A DNA stretch of 64,000 nucleotides from Stramenopiles sp. TOSAG23-2. Lineage: Eukaryota. The DNA is taken from assembly GCA_900128395.1 (NCBI GenBank), contig LT649243.1:1-64000 (forward strand), read 5' to 3'. Below the pieces are notes generated by a model. The model searched no databases, had not been told where the DNA came from, and saw nothing but the letters and a program-made list of their open reading frames with translations. Every line of letters starts with the position of its first letter. The stretch's first letter is position 1. The translations under genes and the position numbers were made by a program. Of the stretch, positions 1-11,734 are shown piece after piece.

Positions 1-196
1 CTCTTGATTTTGAATTTCCGTATCTACTTATACCTATAATAACGGCAATCCTTTTCTTCCCTCTTATTTACATGCTATTCCGATACCACCATCCACATTA
101 ACTTATATTTTTACCTTCAATTGAATAAATGGTTGAATTTTAATAATTAATATTAGTAGTAGTGATGATGTACATGCAAGAGAAACAAACAACTGC

Positions 197-342
197 AATT
201 GAAAATTCAGAAACCACAGAAACCTCTAATATATATATATATATATTGTTAATTTATAATAATAATAGTAATTGAAAATTCAGAAACCACAGAAACCTCT
301 AATATATATATATATATATTGTTAATTTATAATAATAATAGT
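197..342. repeat. Direct tandem duplication, 2 x 73 bp, containing (TA)n
   Basis: aattgaaaattcagaaaccacagaaacctctaatat...aataatagt occurs at 197-269 and again at 270-342, just upstream of the ATG at 421. Confidence 0.9.
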
Positions 343-420
343 ATTTACTACTACTATCCACGGATAACGTATATACGGTATAAAATATCATATAATACAT
401 ATATATATATATACGAAATC

Positions 421-3400
421 ATGGCAGAGGTTGATACCCAATTTGTACGAATTACATTTAATAATGACTTTCGTGTTGTGACTTTTTATGAAAATCAACC
501 AATAGATGAGTTGAAAGATTTATTAACCGCTTTATTCCCGGACGTCAGCAGTGGACGCGTCGTGCCAGTTGGAATTGAAAGACCAGCGGACAACGTAGTC
601 GTACCATTATCTACAGGTGCTAAATTCCCATATATCATGACGGGGGATTGGGAATTATTATGTGTACCAACACATGATATTGCACAAGAAAAATTAGTAT
701 TGTTAAATTTTGTGAAAGAATTATTTTCACAAAATTATATTGGTGAGACACAATTGAAAGATTTAATGATGCTAGTGCAAGAGGAAGATCGTCCAATGCT
801 AGCTACATACCGTTCATATTTAAGGCACAAAGATGTTAGGCGTTTGACAAGTGCATTGATCAAACTTACTACGTTAAGACGTGCACCATTGTTAGGTGGG
901 GAGGAAGCACGTGTAGCGAATAAATTATTAGCGTTATTAAAAATTATGAGTGATGGGAAACAAATAACGAAAACGGAGACAAGAATTTTAGCAGATTTAA
1001 TCATGGCAGGCGATTCAGTTGTCTACTCTGCATATGATGTTGCTAAAATTAGCAAAGATGTAGATGAATTGATGAATTTATTGAAACGTATTGCTGAAGC
1101 AAAAGCTGGTACCGTTTCAACTACAGCAGCTAATAATAATAATAATAATAATAATAATAGTACTAGCAATAATAGCAATGCAAACGTAAAAGCTGCAAGA
1201 CGTGATAAAGTTTTGGAAACATTAAGTGAATATGAATATTTAACAGAAACAGAATTGTTAATATTAGCCAATTTGGAAAGTAACGATTTATTGGATGATG
1301 CATTATATCGTTACGATAATGGTGGAAACATCAAAGATTTACTACGTGATATGCAAGCTATTGCACATGCTGAACTTTTGAGATACGATGAGGAGGATGA
1401 AACTGAAAGTGATAATAGTGATTACGATATGTCTAGAACTGCTCGTACAGTATCTCAAACTAGTAGGAACGACAGCAATAATAATAACAACAATAGGGAT
1501 GATATACCACCACGTCCAAGTTCTCCAACACCGTATGAAGATGGAAAACATGCTGTCGTGGATAAAATGCTTCAAGAAGGTATTGTTGATGAAAATGGTG
1601 CACAAGATTTAAAACGTTTAATACAAGAAAACACCCCGTTGATCCAAACTGCATTTAAATTGTATGAAACGGATGATGATCTTGTTGATTTAAGAATCAC
1701 ATTAATGCGTCTTTTGGAATTGGAAAATTCACGCCAAGCGTTGTTGGAAGAATCAGAAGCATCTAGTGCAAGTGCATTGGATGATACGATTGATTATGGT
1801 TTGGACGATTCTGTAGAAGATGAGGAAACATATCAAAATATTATACGAAAAGCATATGATGTTGTATGTACATTAGCAGATGCAAGTTTATTTTCATCAC
1901 AAGAAAAAGCTACGTTGACTGCATTGTTAAGACAAGATGGTACAAAAGAGCAAGATGTTATCGTATCAGCATATGAAGTATACGAGGTAGATGGGGATGA
2001 GGATGATTTTGTCGATACGTGTACTCGTGTCGTTTCCCACTTGAATTTAAGAGTTGCACAAGATTTTGCATTATTTGATTCAGTGATGGCAAATATTGTT
2101 GGAAACGAGGTTATCGAAGATTCAGAAGCCAATCAATTGTCATTGTTGTTCAGGCAAGGGGATGCAAGATTATCTGCTGCTTGGGATGTATTCAATGAGA
2201 CGGAAGATATCAATGAATTTATTGATACAATTAAACGTATATCTGTACGGTTGCAAATGGATACGGATTTTCAAGATACAGAAAATACGCTTCAAAGGAT
2301 CAATGATGATAAGAAAAACAATATCGGCGAAGTGATTGCTTTTATGGCAGATCAAAGTATGTTGACAGGGAAAGAAATGAAAATGTTAGTTAAATTGCTA
2401 GATGAAAATGATTCCATTGTCACTGCTGCATATGATGCATTTTTAAGCGATCATGAATTTCAAGACTTGGTTGCGGCATTAAAAATGATTGCAGAGCAAG
2501 AAGTAGCAATGCAAAATCCACTTGCAGTGGAACAAAAGTTTGAACAGGCACAGAAAGAAATGAGCGATTTAACGGATGCGTTGAAACAACAAGGCGATTT
2601 GAAAGCAAATGAAGCAGAAATATTGCAAATATTAATTAATGGCGATGATCCTAGGTTAATGGGCGCATATGATGTATATGCAAGTATGCAAGATGTAGAT
2701 GACTTAGTTGATTCTATGAAACGTATTGTAAATCGCGTATCTAGTGATGCGGTAGAAGATAGTGATGAAGAATATTACAATCCGGGTAGAAAAATATATG
2801 AAGGAAATGATGATGACGACGACGATGAAGATGACTTCGAGGATGATGGTGATGATTATTTAGAAGGTGAAGAACAAGATGATGAAGTAGAATTCTCTTC
2901 AAATAGTTCCGCATTTGCTAATGATTCCCATCAAGCGGTCAAAGGATGGTCGCAAAGTGAATCAGACCCTGCACCATCACAAAGTGAATATTCACAAACT
3001 GATTCAATGGATGGTTATTCTGAAGATTTTGAATCTTACAGATCAACTGAGGTTGATGATATAAGTGTAAAAAGTGTCTCAAAAGAAGATGGAATTTTAA
3101 TATGTATATTTCAAATGCAAGCAGAAGGGTTTATATCAAAACAAAGTTATGAACTATTGATGGATTATTACCAAAACGACGATAGAATCATTGCTGCATA
3201 TGACAATTACATCATAAACGGTTCCTTGGAAGAGTTTGCTGATACATGTAAACGTATAATCGAAATCGTTGAAAATGAAAGTAATGAAGCTGCAATATTA
3301 GCAGAAGGTATACAACGACAAATTAGTCAAGAACGCCAAGAAGTGGCTCTTGAGGCAGAGAAAGTACAACGACAAATTAGTCAAGAGCGTGATGAAGCAG

Positions 3401-3963
3401 CGCGTGCAGCTGAAGCTGTTCAACAAGAAATTGCACAGGAAATAGATGAAATAGCAAGTGCTGTGGATAAATATGAAGAAGTGCTGAATGATCATATGGA
3501 TAAATATGCAGATGATATTGAAAAGAAATCAGCATCACAACGTAAAATGGATGCTACGTTGGAATTTCTGTCGATTATTGATGATTTAGAATTAACCATA
3601 CCGGAAGTATCAGCATTGGAATCTGCTGTTATTAATGGTGAACCTAGTGTAAAAGCATGTATGAAATTATATGCACAAAACAAGGATAGAGGTGATTTGC
3701 AAGATACATTAAAACGCATAGCAAGGCAAGCTGTTGATGATGTGGTAGTTGAAGACATTGAGGAACCTTCAGATTTTTCTAGTATCATGGGTAGGTTAGC
3801 AAAAAAAAATGTCATCTCCACTGTTGAACAACGTGCATTTAATGATTTGTGGTTAGATGGAAATCAAATTGCCATGGCAGCACTTGAAGTGTATGAACTG
3901 GATGAAGATGAAAGTGAATTGATAGATACATTGCGGAGAGTAGCACATAGGGCTCATGCGTAG
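421..3963 (+). CDS. Acidic protein with about 11 copies of a ~50-aa helical repeat and a possible N-terminal beta-grasp domain; function unknown
   Basis: Long uninterrupted ORF. First ATG is at 421 (MAEVDTQF); the track start at 319 is a TTG in TA-rich leader. Repeat consensus is roughly L...G.I...E...L..L....D..L.AAYDVY....D..DLVDTL.RI. Confidence 0.85.
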   Translation: MAEVDTQFVRITFNNDFRVVTFYENQPIDELKDLLTALFPDVSSGRVVPVGIERPADNVVVPLSTGAKFPYIMTGDWELLCVPTHDIAQEKLVLLNFVKELFSQNYIGETQLKDLMMLVQEEDRPMLATYRSYLRHKDVRRLTSALIKLTTLRRAPLLGGEEARVANKLLALLKIMSDGKQITKTETRILADLIMAGDSVVYSAYDVAKISKDVDELMNLLKRIAEAKAGTVSTTAANNNNNNNNNSTSNNSNANVKAARRDKVLETLSEYEYLTETELLILANLESNDLLDDALYRYDNGGNIKDLLRDMQAIAHAELLRYDEEDETESDNSDYDMSRTARTVSQTSRNDSNNNNNNRDDIPPRPSSPTPYEDGKHAVVDKMLQEGIVDENGAQDLKRLIQENTPLIQTAFKLYETDDDLVDLRITLMRLLELENSRQALLEESEASSASALDDTIDYGLDDSVEDEETYQNIIRKAYDVVCTLADASLFSSQEKATLTALLRQDGTKEQDVIVSAYEVYEVDGDEDDFVDTCTRVVSHLNLRVAQDFALFDSVMANIVGNEVIEDSEANQLSLLFRQGDARLSAAWDVFNETEDINEFIDTIKRISVRLQMDTDFQDTENTLQRINDDKKNNIGEVIAFMADQSMLTGKEMKMLVKLLDENDSIVTAAYDAFLSDHEFQDLVAALKMIAEQEVAMQNPLAVEQKFEQAQKEMSDLTDALKQQGDLKANEAEILQILINGDDPRLMGAYDVYASMQDVDDLVDSMKRIVNRVSSDAVEDSDEEYYNPGRKIYEGNDDDDDDEDDFEDDGDDYLEGEEQDDEVEFSSNSSAFANDSHQAVKGWSQSESDPAPSQSEYSQTDSMDGYSEDFESYRSTEVDDISVKSVSKEDGILICIFQMQAEGFISKQSYELLMDYYQNDDRIIAAYDNYIINGSLEEFADTCKRIIEIVENESNEAAILAEGIQRQISQERQEVALEAEKVQRQISQERDEAARAAEAVQQEIAQEIDEIASAVDKYEEVLNDHMDKYADDIEKKSASQRKMDATLEFLSIIDDLELTIPEVSALESAVINGEPSVKACMKLYAQNKDRGDLQDTLKRIARQAVDDVVVEDIEEPSDFSSIMGRLAKKNVISTVEQRAFNDLWLDGNQIAMAALEVYELDEDESELIDTLRRVAHRAHA

Positions 3964-4567
3964 GAAAAGGGGAGAAGGAGGTAATGTGCATATTCTGGGG
4001 GGCTTCGAGATTCAATATTTTAATAATAATAATATCCGAAATATATTATGACATAATAGGTATTATTATACAATATATACTCAGTACATAGTATTCTCTA
4101 TACGGTTATCAAAATAATTCCACTATCTCGAGCTAATCGATATAAATAGGAAAATAGGAAAATTTCAATATTTTACACTCCATTTTCCAAGTCACAAGAC
4201 GAGAAAAACGTTATTTTGAAATAATTTGCGAAAAGTGTAATGATATGTACCTGCTAATTATTGTCAAAATACACATATATATATAGTTGAATAGTTGGCA
4301 ATCCGGATTAAAAGAGATGGAACAGATGATTCATACAAGAATGAGAGATATAGAATAACAGAATTGTATTTCAATTGTATCTATTGGTCTTTGGTAATAA
4401 TAATAAGAAAAAAAAAACAAGAAAAATAATAAACAAAAGAATCATTCTTCTTTGATAATATTGTTGTTGTGTTTGACATATATAAAGATATATAGTTCAT
4501 TTTATACATATACGGATTATTATATAGTATCAGCGATATTATATCCATAACCACCACCACATATACA

Positions 4568-7500
4568 ATGATGCAAAAAGGAAATGATATGCAAAACAAA
4601 GAAGCTGATTGGGAAACTACTGGTGGTGATCCAATTCCAACAACATCATTATCAATATCAACTTCCACTAGTAGCAATATGAATAACAATAATAATAACA
4701 ACATGTTAAACACATCTATGTCAAGTATCAGAAATAACTCATCACCATTTCCTAGTGATAATAATAATAATAGTGGTACACAAAAAAAAATACGTTTAAA
4801 GTGTCACCATAATAGTAACATACGTGCTGTAGCTATTGATAAAGGGACGTCCTTTCGTAACTTAAAACAGCGATTGTCTGCCGATTATGGTTTTGAAGTC
4901 AACCTTAGATATGAAGACCCTGAAGGGGATTTAATTGTATTATCCTCACAAAATGATTTAAATGAACTTGTAGATAGTGAAGTGCGTAATTCAGTTACTG
5001 TGCATGTTAATAATACTGAAAGTAGAGGCATTTCACAAGTACTTATGTCTCCCACACCAGTTGCATCTGCTGGACATTTGCATCCATTGCCTTCATTACC
5101 AAGCCTTCACCATCAGGATAACGGTGGTAGTAATAATAATAACCATAATAATAATTTATCACATGCTATGATACGTTCCATCGGTGCCACTGGAAGTAGT
5201 GGTTTACGTCGTAGCAGTACTAGAGATCAACGCACTTATTGGCATTCAAGGCCACGACAAACGGAACCAATTCGATGGCAATGTGGGGAAATATTGGGAC
5301 AAGGTGCGTATGGTACTGTCTTTTTAGGATTGAATTTAGATACTGGTGAATTAATGGCTGTGAAACAATTGGATACAACGGAAGTGAGTGAGAAAGAACT
5401 TGCTGCGTTAGAAAATGAATTGCGAATGTTAATTGCTGGTGATCGTTCCGATAATAATACGGAAAGTGTCTTAAGCCATCCAAATATTGTTAGATATTTA
5501 GGTTTAGAACGTAGTAAAAATACGCTTAGTATTTTTTTAGAATTTGTTCCTGGTGGATCAATACGTAGTTTAATTGATAAATTTGGTGCATTGCAAGAAC
5601 CGTTGGTACGCGTATATGCACGCCAGTTGTTATTAGGATTAGAATATTTACATAGAAATAGTATAGCGCATCGTGATATTAAAGGTGCAAATGTATTAAT
5701 TACAAATGAAGGTGTAGTGAAAATTGCTGATTTTGGCGCATCAAAGCGTATCAATACGAATTCTACTAATACAGGTGGTGTAAAAGGAACTCCATTATGG
5801 ATGGCACCGGAAGTTATTAAAGAGCAACAAACGGATAAAGGTTGGAGACGAGCTGATGTTTGGAGCGTTGGCTGTACAATCATAGAAATGGCAACTGGGC
5901 GTCCACCATGGTCCCAATACAGCAACCCCGTCACTGCGATGTATCATATTGCATGTGTAGAGACTGTTCCACCATTTCCAGATTCTATATCACCACAAGG
6001 GCATGATTTTTTGCGTTTATGCTTCGAGCGTGATCCGTTAAAACGACCTGATGTGACTAGATTGCTGTTGCATCCATTTGTAACTCAATTACCTGCCACT
6101 CAAGTACGTCATTTGTCTAAATCTAGTTTTCCACAACGTCCAACGACGGGAGGTCGAAGGACTGGTCCTGGCCGTCCACGTTCCAGTCAATATTTATCTC
6201 GTCGCGATGGCCTCAGGACACCCATGGATCATGGCACGCCTCAAAACAGAGATAATATGGATAAATTTGATTTAGGGCATACCAGTCCAACAACGCAATT
6301 GTTAGAAAATGAAAAAATGCAACATAGTAGAAACAACCCTGAACTAAGTCGACCATCACCATTAACACCTGCAAGGGAAAAATTAAATAAAAAACCAGTT
6401 TTAGTTATAAATACAGAAGTAAATTTAGAAAGAGATCAACCAGAATCACCACCACATCAAAAAACTGTGGTCAATAATCCATATGCAAAAGATGCAGTAT
6501 TAGTTCCTGGGCTTCAAATTCCAAATGATGAAAGTATTAGTATGAATAATAGTGCTGGCAATTTGGATATTTCATGGTCTCCTAGTTCAAGTGTATCGTC
6601 TGGATTTGAAATGGCTCAACCACCTACTCCCAAAAACTTAGTTGAAGCAGCTATTAATGCAGCGAAAATGGGAGAAGGAATTGATTTAGCAAAACATGGC
6701 TCACCTGAACATACATTAAAGGAAGCTGAGTTAGCAACGGAGGAATTACGAAGAAAAATTCAAAAGCATAATATTAATAATAATGATGGAGAAGTTGAGG
6801 AAGACATAGAAGGGGAAGAAGATGATGATGACCGACAACAACAACAACAAATTCAAGTAAATGCAGAGGAGAAAAGTATTTTGATGGGAGATCCGGATGA
6901 ATTAATTAGGCAACAATTAGAATTGCAGCAGCACAATGCCACTGACATGGTATCTTCATTTAAAGATTTACACAGTCCTTCTTCAACGATGGTGAGTCCA
7001 AGAGCACCATCGTCTCCACGACTTCAGGTACCATTGCAACATCAACAAAAGCAAGAGATGAAGAAATTAATCAAGGCAAAAGAAAAAGTCATAACGCCGC
7101 CTAGAAAACAATCATCTAGGAAAAGTGGTAGTAATAGCTCATCGACGAAAAAGAAGAAGCGAAAAACACCACCAAAGTTACCAGAAGAAACAAATAATAA
7201 GCATGAAGGCAAACAAAATGTAAATAATCAACCAGAACAAGTTGTATATACACATGAAGCACAACCAAAAAGTACGCCTAGAAGACTAAAAACCAAATTA
7301 AGAAAGCGCCGTTCAAAATCACAATCTCCATCCGCAATACATCGTGTAGAAAGACAATCGATTAAGGAAATCGAAGAGCTAAGAAGAAATGCCCTATCAT
7401 CTTTAGGCAAGCATAAAGACGAAGAGGAAACGGTTAGTGAAAGTGGTTCGGAAAAGAAAAAACATATTTCACCAACTCAAGTAAGAGAAGTTAAGGAAAA

Positions 7501-10414
7501 AAGGTCAAATAGATTACCAAAATATTTAGAAAAAAAATTGAGTCATGCTGAGCGTAAATTGAAGAATGATCACTCGCGACGTGCACTGTCAATGGATGAT
7601 GGCATTCGATCATCGCCAGAAGAATTAGCGCAAACTGATAATTCTAAGTTGAAAAAAGTCAAAAATTCTGGTAAAGTGAGACTAGAAGCGATGAAAGATA
7701 CAAGTCATCATCATCATCACGCTAGTAATGTTGTAAGCAATAAACCGCCACATGGTAAAAGACCACCTAACCGCCATAGTAATAAGCGAGTTGCAGATAT
7801 GAACAGTGGCAAACATGATTACCAAGTAGATGGATCAAAGAAGCCACCATTGAGTCCAAGAACGAAAAAATCTGCCAATGAGTTGAAAGAAGAGCGAAAA
7901 CGTTTGGTGAAAAGCGAACCTAGGCGTCGTAGTAGAAGAAATAGTCGTGATCTTGGGCAAAAACAAATCTCTAAAAGGAATCAACGAAAACGTGCACCAA
8001 GATTGGAATTAGACAATTCCATAATAGGTGATTCCGATGAACTGGGTTCAGAATTTTTAACAGTAAGCATGAAACCTGTTCGAATGACAAGTCGCTCTGG
8101 AAGAATGAAAAGCCCGTTGGGTAACATCAAGACACAACGCAGTCGAAAAATGCCATTCAATAAAACTCCGATAAACGCAGATGCCATTAAAAGTACGAGG
8201 AAGAAAAAAAATGCAGCTTTGGTACAAATCAATACGGAAGAAATGGAACGGGAATTAGATGGTATCCATGGAAATATTCATACCAACGATGAAGATAACA
8301 TTGTTGACAGTTCTATGAGAAGTGCAAAAAGTCCTGAGCTTTGGGTTGGTGAACGGCGTAAAAAATCACAACTAGATCGCCGTGGTCTTGCTACTGCTAT
8401 ACCGAAAAGTAATCGTCAAGAATTTTCATCTCCTGCGAATAAACCGAAAACGACGAAGCATTCAAGTAGTTCTGAAAAACGACGTATGCGTTTGAATTCA
8501 CCGGAAGAGGATGGTAGTAATAATGGTAGAGGCAGCCGTAATGCTGGTAATGTACACCATTCAAATAGAGATGAGGATCATCATCAACAACATGAGAAAC
8601 GTAGACCACAAACCATGGCATTACGGTTGCGCTCGACTGGGACTCCATCAAACTCATCGAACAGGCAACACCATTCACGTGCATCGACCAGCATGGCTGG
8701 TAGTAGCAACACCAGTATTAATGGCAACGATATGCTAGGAGAACCGCTTGGTGCACTTCGTGGCATTTCCGTTCATCCAGTTCGCTCCTCTACACCATCC
8801 TTTCGAGAGAAAGATCGTCGTAGAAGACGCAAGAAAAATGACGATTTTACTGAAGATCATAATGAAGCTGTGAAAAAAATACAACGATGGATGAGACGGC
8901 GCCAGCAAATGTTAGAGCCAAGTTTATGGGGAATGCAAAGTAGCGATGATAAACGAAAACGTGGTGCTAAATTGGATTTATCCGATAGTCTTGATGATGT
9001 CGATGAAGCGATGAAGAAGCAGGAGCAGCAAATAAAACAAAAGCGAATGAACAGAAGAAGAAGACGTAGTGGTAGCGGTAGTGATAAGAATACCATAAAT
9101 GGAGCTGAGGAGAAACGTGATGTTGATATGTCTATCAACACGAAGGAAAAAAAGAACATCGTCGATAATAATGATTCGAAATTTCCATCTTATGCTAGGA
9201 ATGATGAACCATTATCCGTTAAGGTAATGTCTGGCCATCGCATGCGAGTAGTAGCTTTACATGCAGCATGTGAAAGTAACAATAGACGAAGTTATGTAAT
9301 TGCTAGTGGTTCTCGAGATGGTACGGTTCGCTTGTGGCATCCACAATCAGGGGAAGAACTAAGAGTCCTGTCTCATGAGCATGATCAACATGTAAACAAT
9401 TCATCTCCAACCCGTCGTCATTCACTTGATTCATCTAGAGGGAAACGTGATTCTTTGAGCTCTTCTGGTGGAGTACGCGTAAGCAGTCGTGGTGGCAATA
9501 CCAGCTACAATAATAATGGTAATGGTGCACCGTCTAAAATTTCATGTTTAAAAGTAAATACACAAACGCGTAATGAATTGTGTTCCGGTGCTGAAGATGG
9601 TTCGATGTGGCTATGGGATATGGAAGCAGGTCAACCGACTAGAATAATAGCAGCGCATGCTGCTGGTATTACATCGTTGATGATCGCTGATATGGATGTT
9701 ACACGTTATGTAACAGCATCATCTGATAAAACATTGAAAGTTTGGGATTTACGATCGAAACGCCCGTTAGTTCATACACTTCGTGGCAATACTGGCCCAG
9801 TAAATTTGTTAGGTATTGAAAATGAATGGGGATTGGCTTTTAGTGGATCAAACGATCAAAGCCTTCGTGTTTGGGATATTCGTACTGGTCGAATGAAACA
9901 TAATTTACAAGATCATTATGGTGCAGTGTACAGTGTTGGTTCGAATCCATCTTTGTTCGATGGCTTTGTATCTGGTGCCAGGGATGGTAGTATCAAAATT
10001 TGGAATAAACAAGCAACATGCAGGCGCACGCTTCGTGCACATCGTGGTGCTGTCACACACGTATCGATTCAACCTGTTTCCAGAATGGATGTATTTGGGA
10101 AGCATGTTAAACCACCATATATCTTGTCTGCAAGTACTGATCAAACGGCAAGATTATGGGATTCGAATAAGTTAACATGCTCGCATATATTAAAAGGGCA
10201 TAAAGGTCCAATTACAGTTGCAAAATGGGCTTCAGAACAATGTGCTATTACTGGTTCCGCAGATGGTACGATTCGGTTGTGGGATGCACGGGATGGTTCT
10301 TGCATAAAATCATTAAATGGCCAATCCAAAGATATAACTGATTTGGAATGTGATTCTGATACAATAGTTAGTACAGGGAAAGATGGTACACTTCGAATGC
10401 ATGGTGTGTTTTAA
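4568..10414 (+). CDS. STE11/MEKK-family MAP kinase kinase kinase with N-terminal PB1, IQ-like motif and C-terminal WD40 propeller
   Basis: PB1 (IRLKC...LRYEDPEGDLIVL). Kinase motifs GQGAYG, AVKQ, HRDIKGAN, DFG, GTPLWMAPE and DVWSVGCTIIEMATGRPPW. IQ-like AVKKIQRWMRRR. About 7 WD repeats (GSRDGTVRLW, SDKTLKVWD, GSADGTIRLWD). Confidence 0.92.
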   Translation: MMQKGNDMQNKEADWETTGGDPIPTTSLSISTSTSSNMNNNNNNNMLNTSMSSIRNNSSPFPSDNNNNSGTQKKIRLKCHHNSNIRAVAIDKGTSFRNLKQRLSADYGFEVNLRYEDPEGDLIVLSSQNDLNELVDSEVRNSVTVHVNNTESRGISQVLMSPTPVASAGHLHPLPSLPSLHHQDNGGSNNNNHNNNLSHAMIRSIGATGSSGLRRSSTRDQRTYWHSRPRQTEPIRWQCGEILGQGAYGTVFLGLNLDTGELMAVKQLDTTEVSEKELAALENELRMLIAGDRSDNNTESVLSHPNIVRYLGLERSKNTLSIFLEFVPGGSIRSLIDKFGALQEPLVRVYARQLLLGLEYLHRNSIAHRDIKGANVLITNEGVVKIADFGASKRINTNSTNTGGVKGTPLWMAPEVIKEQQTDKGWRRADVWSVGCTIIEMATGRPPWSQYSNPVTAMYHIACVETVPPFPDSISPQGHDFLRLCFERDPLKRPDVTRLLLHPFVTQLPATQVRHLSKSSFPQRPTTGGRRTGPGRPRSSQYLSRRDGLRTPMDHGTPQNRDNMDKFDLGHTSPTTQLLENEKMQHSRNNPELSRPSPLTPAREKLNKKPVLVINTEVNLERDQPESPPHQKTVVNNPYAKDAVLVPGLQIPNDESISMNNSAGNLDISWSPSSSVSSGFEMAQPPTPKNLVEAAINAAKMGEGIDLAKHGSPEHTLKEAELATEELRRKIQKHNINNNDGEVEEDIEGEEDDDDRQQQQQIQVNAEEKSILMGDPDELIRQQLELQQHNATDMVSSFKDLHSPSSTMVSPRAPSSPRLQVPLQHQQKQEMKKLIKAKEKVITPPRKQSSRKSGSNSSSTKKKKRKTPPKLPEETNNKHEGKQNVNNQPEQVVYTHEAQPKSTPRRLKTKLRKRRSKSQSPSAIHRVERQSIKEIEELRRNALSSLGKHKDEEETVSESGSEKKKHISPTQVREVKEKRSNRLPKYLEKKLSHAERKLKNDHSRRALSMDDGIRSSPEELAQTDNSKLKKVKNSGKVRLEAMKDTSHHHHHASNVVSNKPPHGKRPPNRHSNKRVADMNSGKHDYQVDGSKKPPLSPRTKKSANELKEERKRLVKSEPRRRSRRNSRDLGQKQISKRNQRKRAPRLELDNSIIGDSDELGSEFLTVSMKPVRMTSRSGRMKSPLGNIKTQRSRKMPFNKTPINADAIKSTRKKKNAALVQINTEEMERELDGIHGNIHTNDEDNIVDSSMRSAKSPELWVGERRKKSQLDRRGLATAIPKSNRQEFSSPANKPKTTKHSSSSEKRRMRLNSPEEDGSNNGRGSRNAGNVHHSNRDEDHHQQHEKRRPQTMALRLRSTGTPSNSSNRQHHSRASTSMAGSSNTSINGNDMLGEPLGALRGISVHPVRSSTPSFREKDRRRRRKKNDDFTEDHNEAVKKIQRWMRRRQQMLEPSLWGMQSSDDKRKRGAKLDLSDSLDDVDEAMKKQEQQIKQKRMNRRRRRSGSGSDKNTINGAEEKRDVDMSINTKEKKNIVDNNDSKFPSYARNDEPLSVKVMSGHRMRVVALHAACESNNRRSYVIASGSRDGTVRLWHPQSGEELRVLSHEHDQHVNNSSPTRRHSLDSSRGKRDSLSSSGGVRVSSRGGNTSYNNNGNGAPSKISCLKVNTQTRNELCSGAEDGSMWLWDMEAGQPTRIIAAHAAGITSLMIADMDVTRYVTASSDKTLKVWDLRSKRPLVHTLRGNTGPVNLLGIENEWGLAFSGSNDQSLRVWDIRTGRMKHNLQDHYGAVYSVGSNPSLFDGFVSGARDGSIKIWNKQATCRRTLRAHRGAVTHVSIQPVSRMDVFGKHVKPPYILSASTDQTARLWDSNKLTCSHILKGHKGPITVAKWASEQCAITGSADGTIRLWDARDGSCIKSLNGQSKDITDLECDSDTIVSTGKDGTLRMHGVF

Positions 10415-10872
10415 ATTTGTTGGAAATAAAGGAGCGAGGGAGGACACGATGTTTGTGCGTGTATGGTGTTGTAAAATATTTGTGAATTTATGCTATATAT
10501 TATGCATTTTATGTCATATTCAAGATATACATTTACACTCTCTGTAAAAACTATCATATTTTTTTTATGATATATATATATTATTATTCGCGTATCATAT
10601 TGAGATAGAAAATATTGTCTAGATTTGTATCATTCTCTTGTTTCATTTTCATCTTCTATCTATTTCTTTGTATTGCTTATTAATGTCAACTAGACTTTAT
10701 CATAATAATAAAGTTCGTTCAAAAATCTAAATATTATGTAACAAAATAATATTAATAATATATATATCAAAATATCTTTCTTCCTCTACTAAAATAAAAA
10801 TCTATGCATAAAACCTTTTATTTTTTGCCTTTATTAATTTCAATATTATTAATTAATAAATATAAAAAATAA

Positions 10873-11136
10873 CTAAGATAAATCTTTTTTTGCATTACTA
10901 AATTTTTGCATTAATGATTTCTTTGAATTAGCTAGCAAATATTGGCATTCTGTGTATCCTGAACCAATGCCAACACCGGCGCCAAGTCCTACCATTGCTT
11001 TTCTAGTGCCACTGCCTTTAAATAAAATTGCGGCAACGCCACCGCCAATCACACCAGCACCAAATTTTATTAATAAATCTTCTGCACAACGATCCCATGC
11101 ATCACCCATCACATCTTCCGCTCTTCCTTCAGGCAT
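10873..11136 (-). CDS. MIC10: MICOS complex subunit Mic10
   Basis: 87 aa with WDRC followed by two Gly-rich TM segments (GAGVIGGG, GLGAGVGIGSGY..C), typical of Mic10. Confidence 0.88.
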   Translation of the reverse strand: MPEGRAEDVMGDAWDRCAEDLLIKFGAGVIGGGVAAILFKGSGTRKAMVGLGAGVGIGSGYTECQYLLANSKKSLMQKFSNAKKDLS

Positions 11137-11734
11137 TTTATTATATATTATATTATTTCCTCAAAATTAATTTTATATTTATGTGTATATATATATATAT
11201 ATATCTGAATATAATAAACTGTATAATTTTTGTTGTTTTATTTCTACATTTACACTTATCTCCTTTCCTTGTTGTATAAAATATTTAATAGAATATATAT
11301 AGATATTTTAAAGATCATTCAAAAGTTAAAGTCATGCAACATGGGGGAGCGGACGACGGACGAACGATCCTGAAAATTTCATTTTAGTATATATTTTTGT
11401 ATCCTTATGTTCCTATTCAATGTTCTATTTTTTATTTTTTATTTTTTTCACTCCAAAATTCACCTATCAACTATATCAATTCTATTGTATGCATGTGGAT
11501 ATAGCAGGCTATTTTACGAACCGATTATTCTTCTTTTGTAGTATACTACCAAGTATCAATTTGATCCAACCCTCCATTTTTAATCTCAACAAAAAAAAAA
11601 AATAAAAACAAAACAAAAATACTAAGTATAAATAGATAAATAGAGGAGAGATCAGGAAAACAGTTCATAACCATGTTCATATAATAATTTTATAAAGTGG
11701 TAAAATTTGTCATTGTTACTCTATTGTTACCATC

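Noticed and set aside
1-130. Possible gene end at the left edge
   Set aside because: Too short, with no recognisable motif, and the strand cannot be determined.
319-420. ORF-track N-terminal extensions (also at 13700, 19345, 28170, 40166)
   Set aside because: They translate TA-rich or microsatellite leader sequence and several start at TTG or GTG; downstream ATGs fit better.
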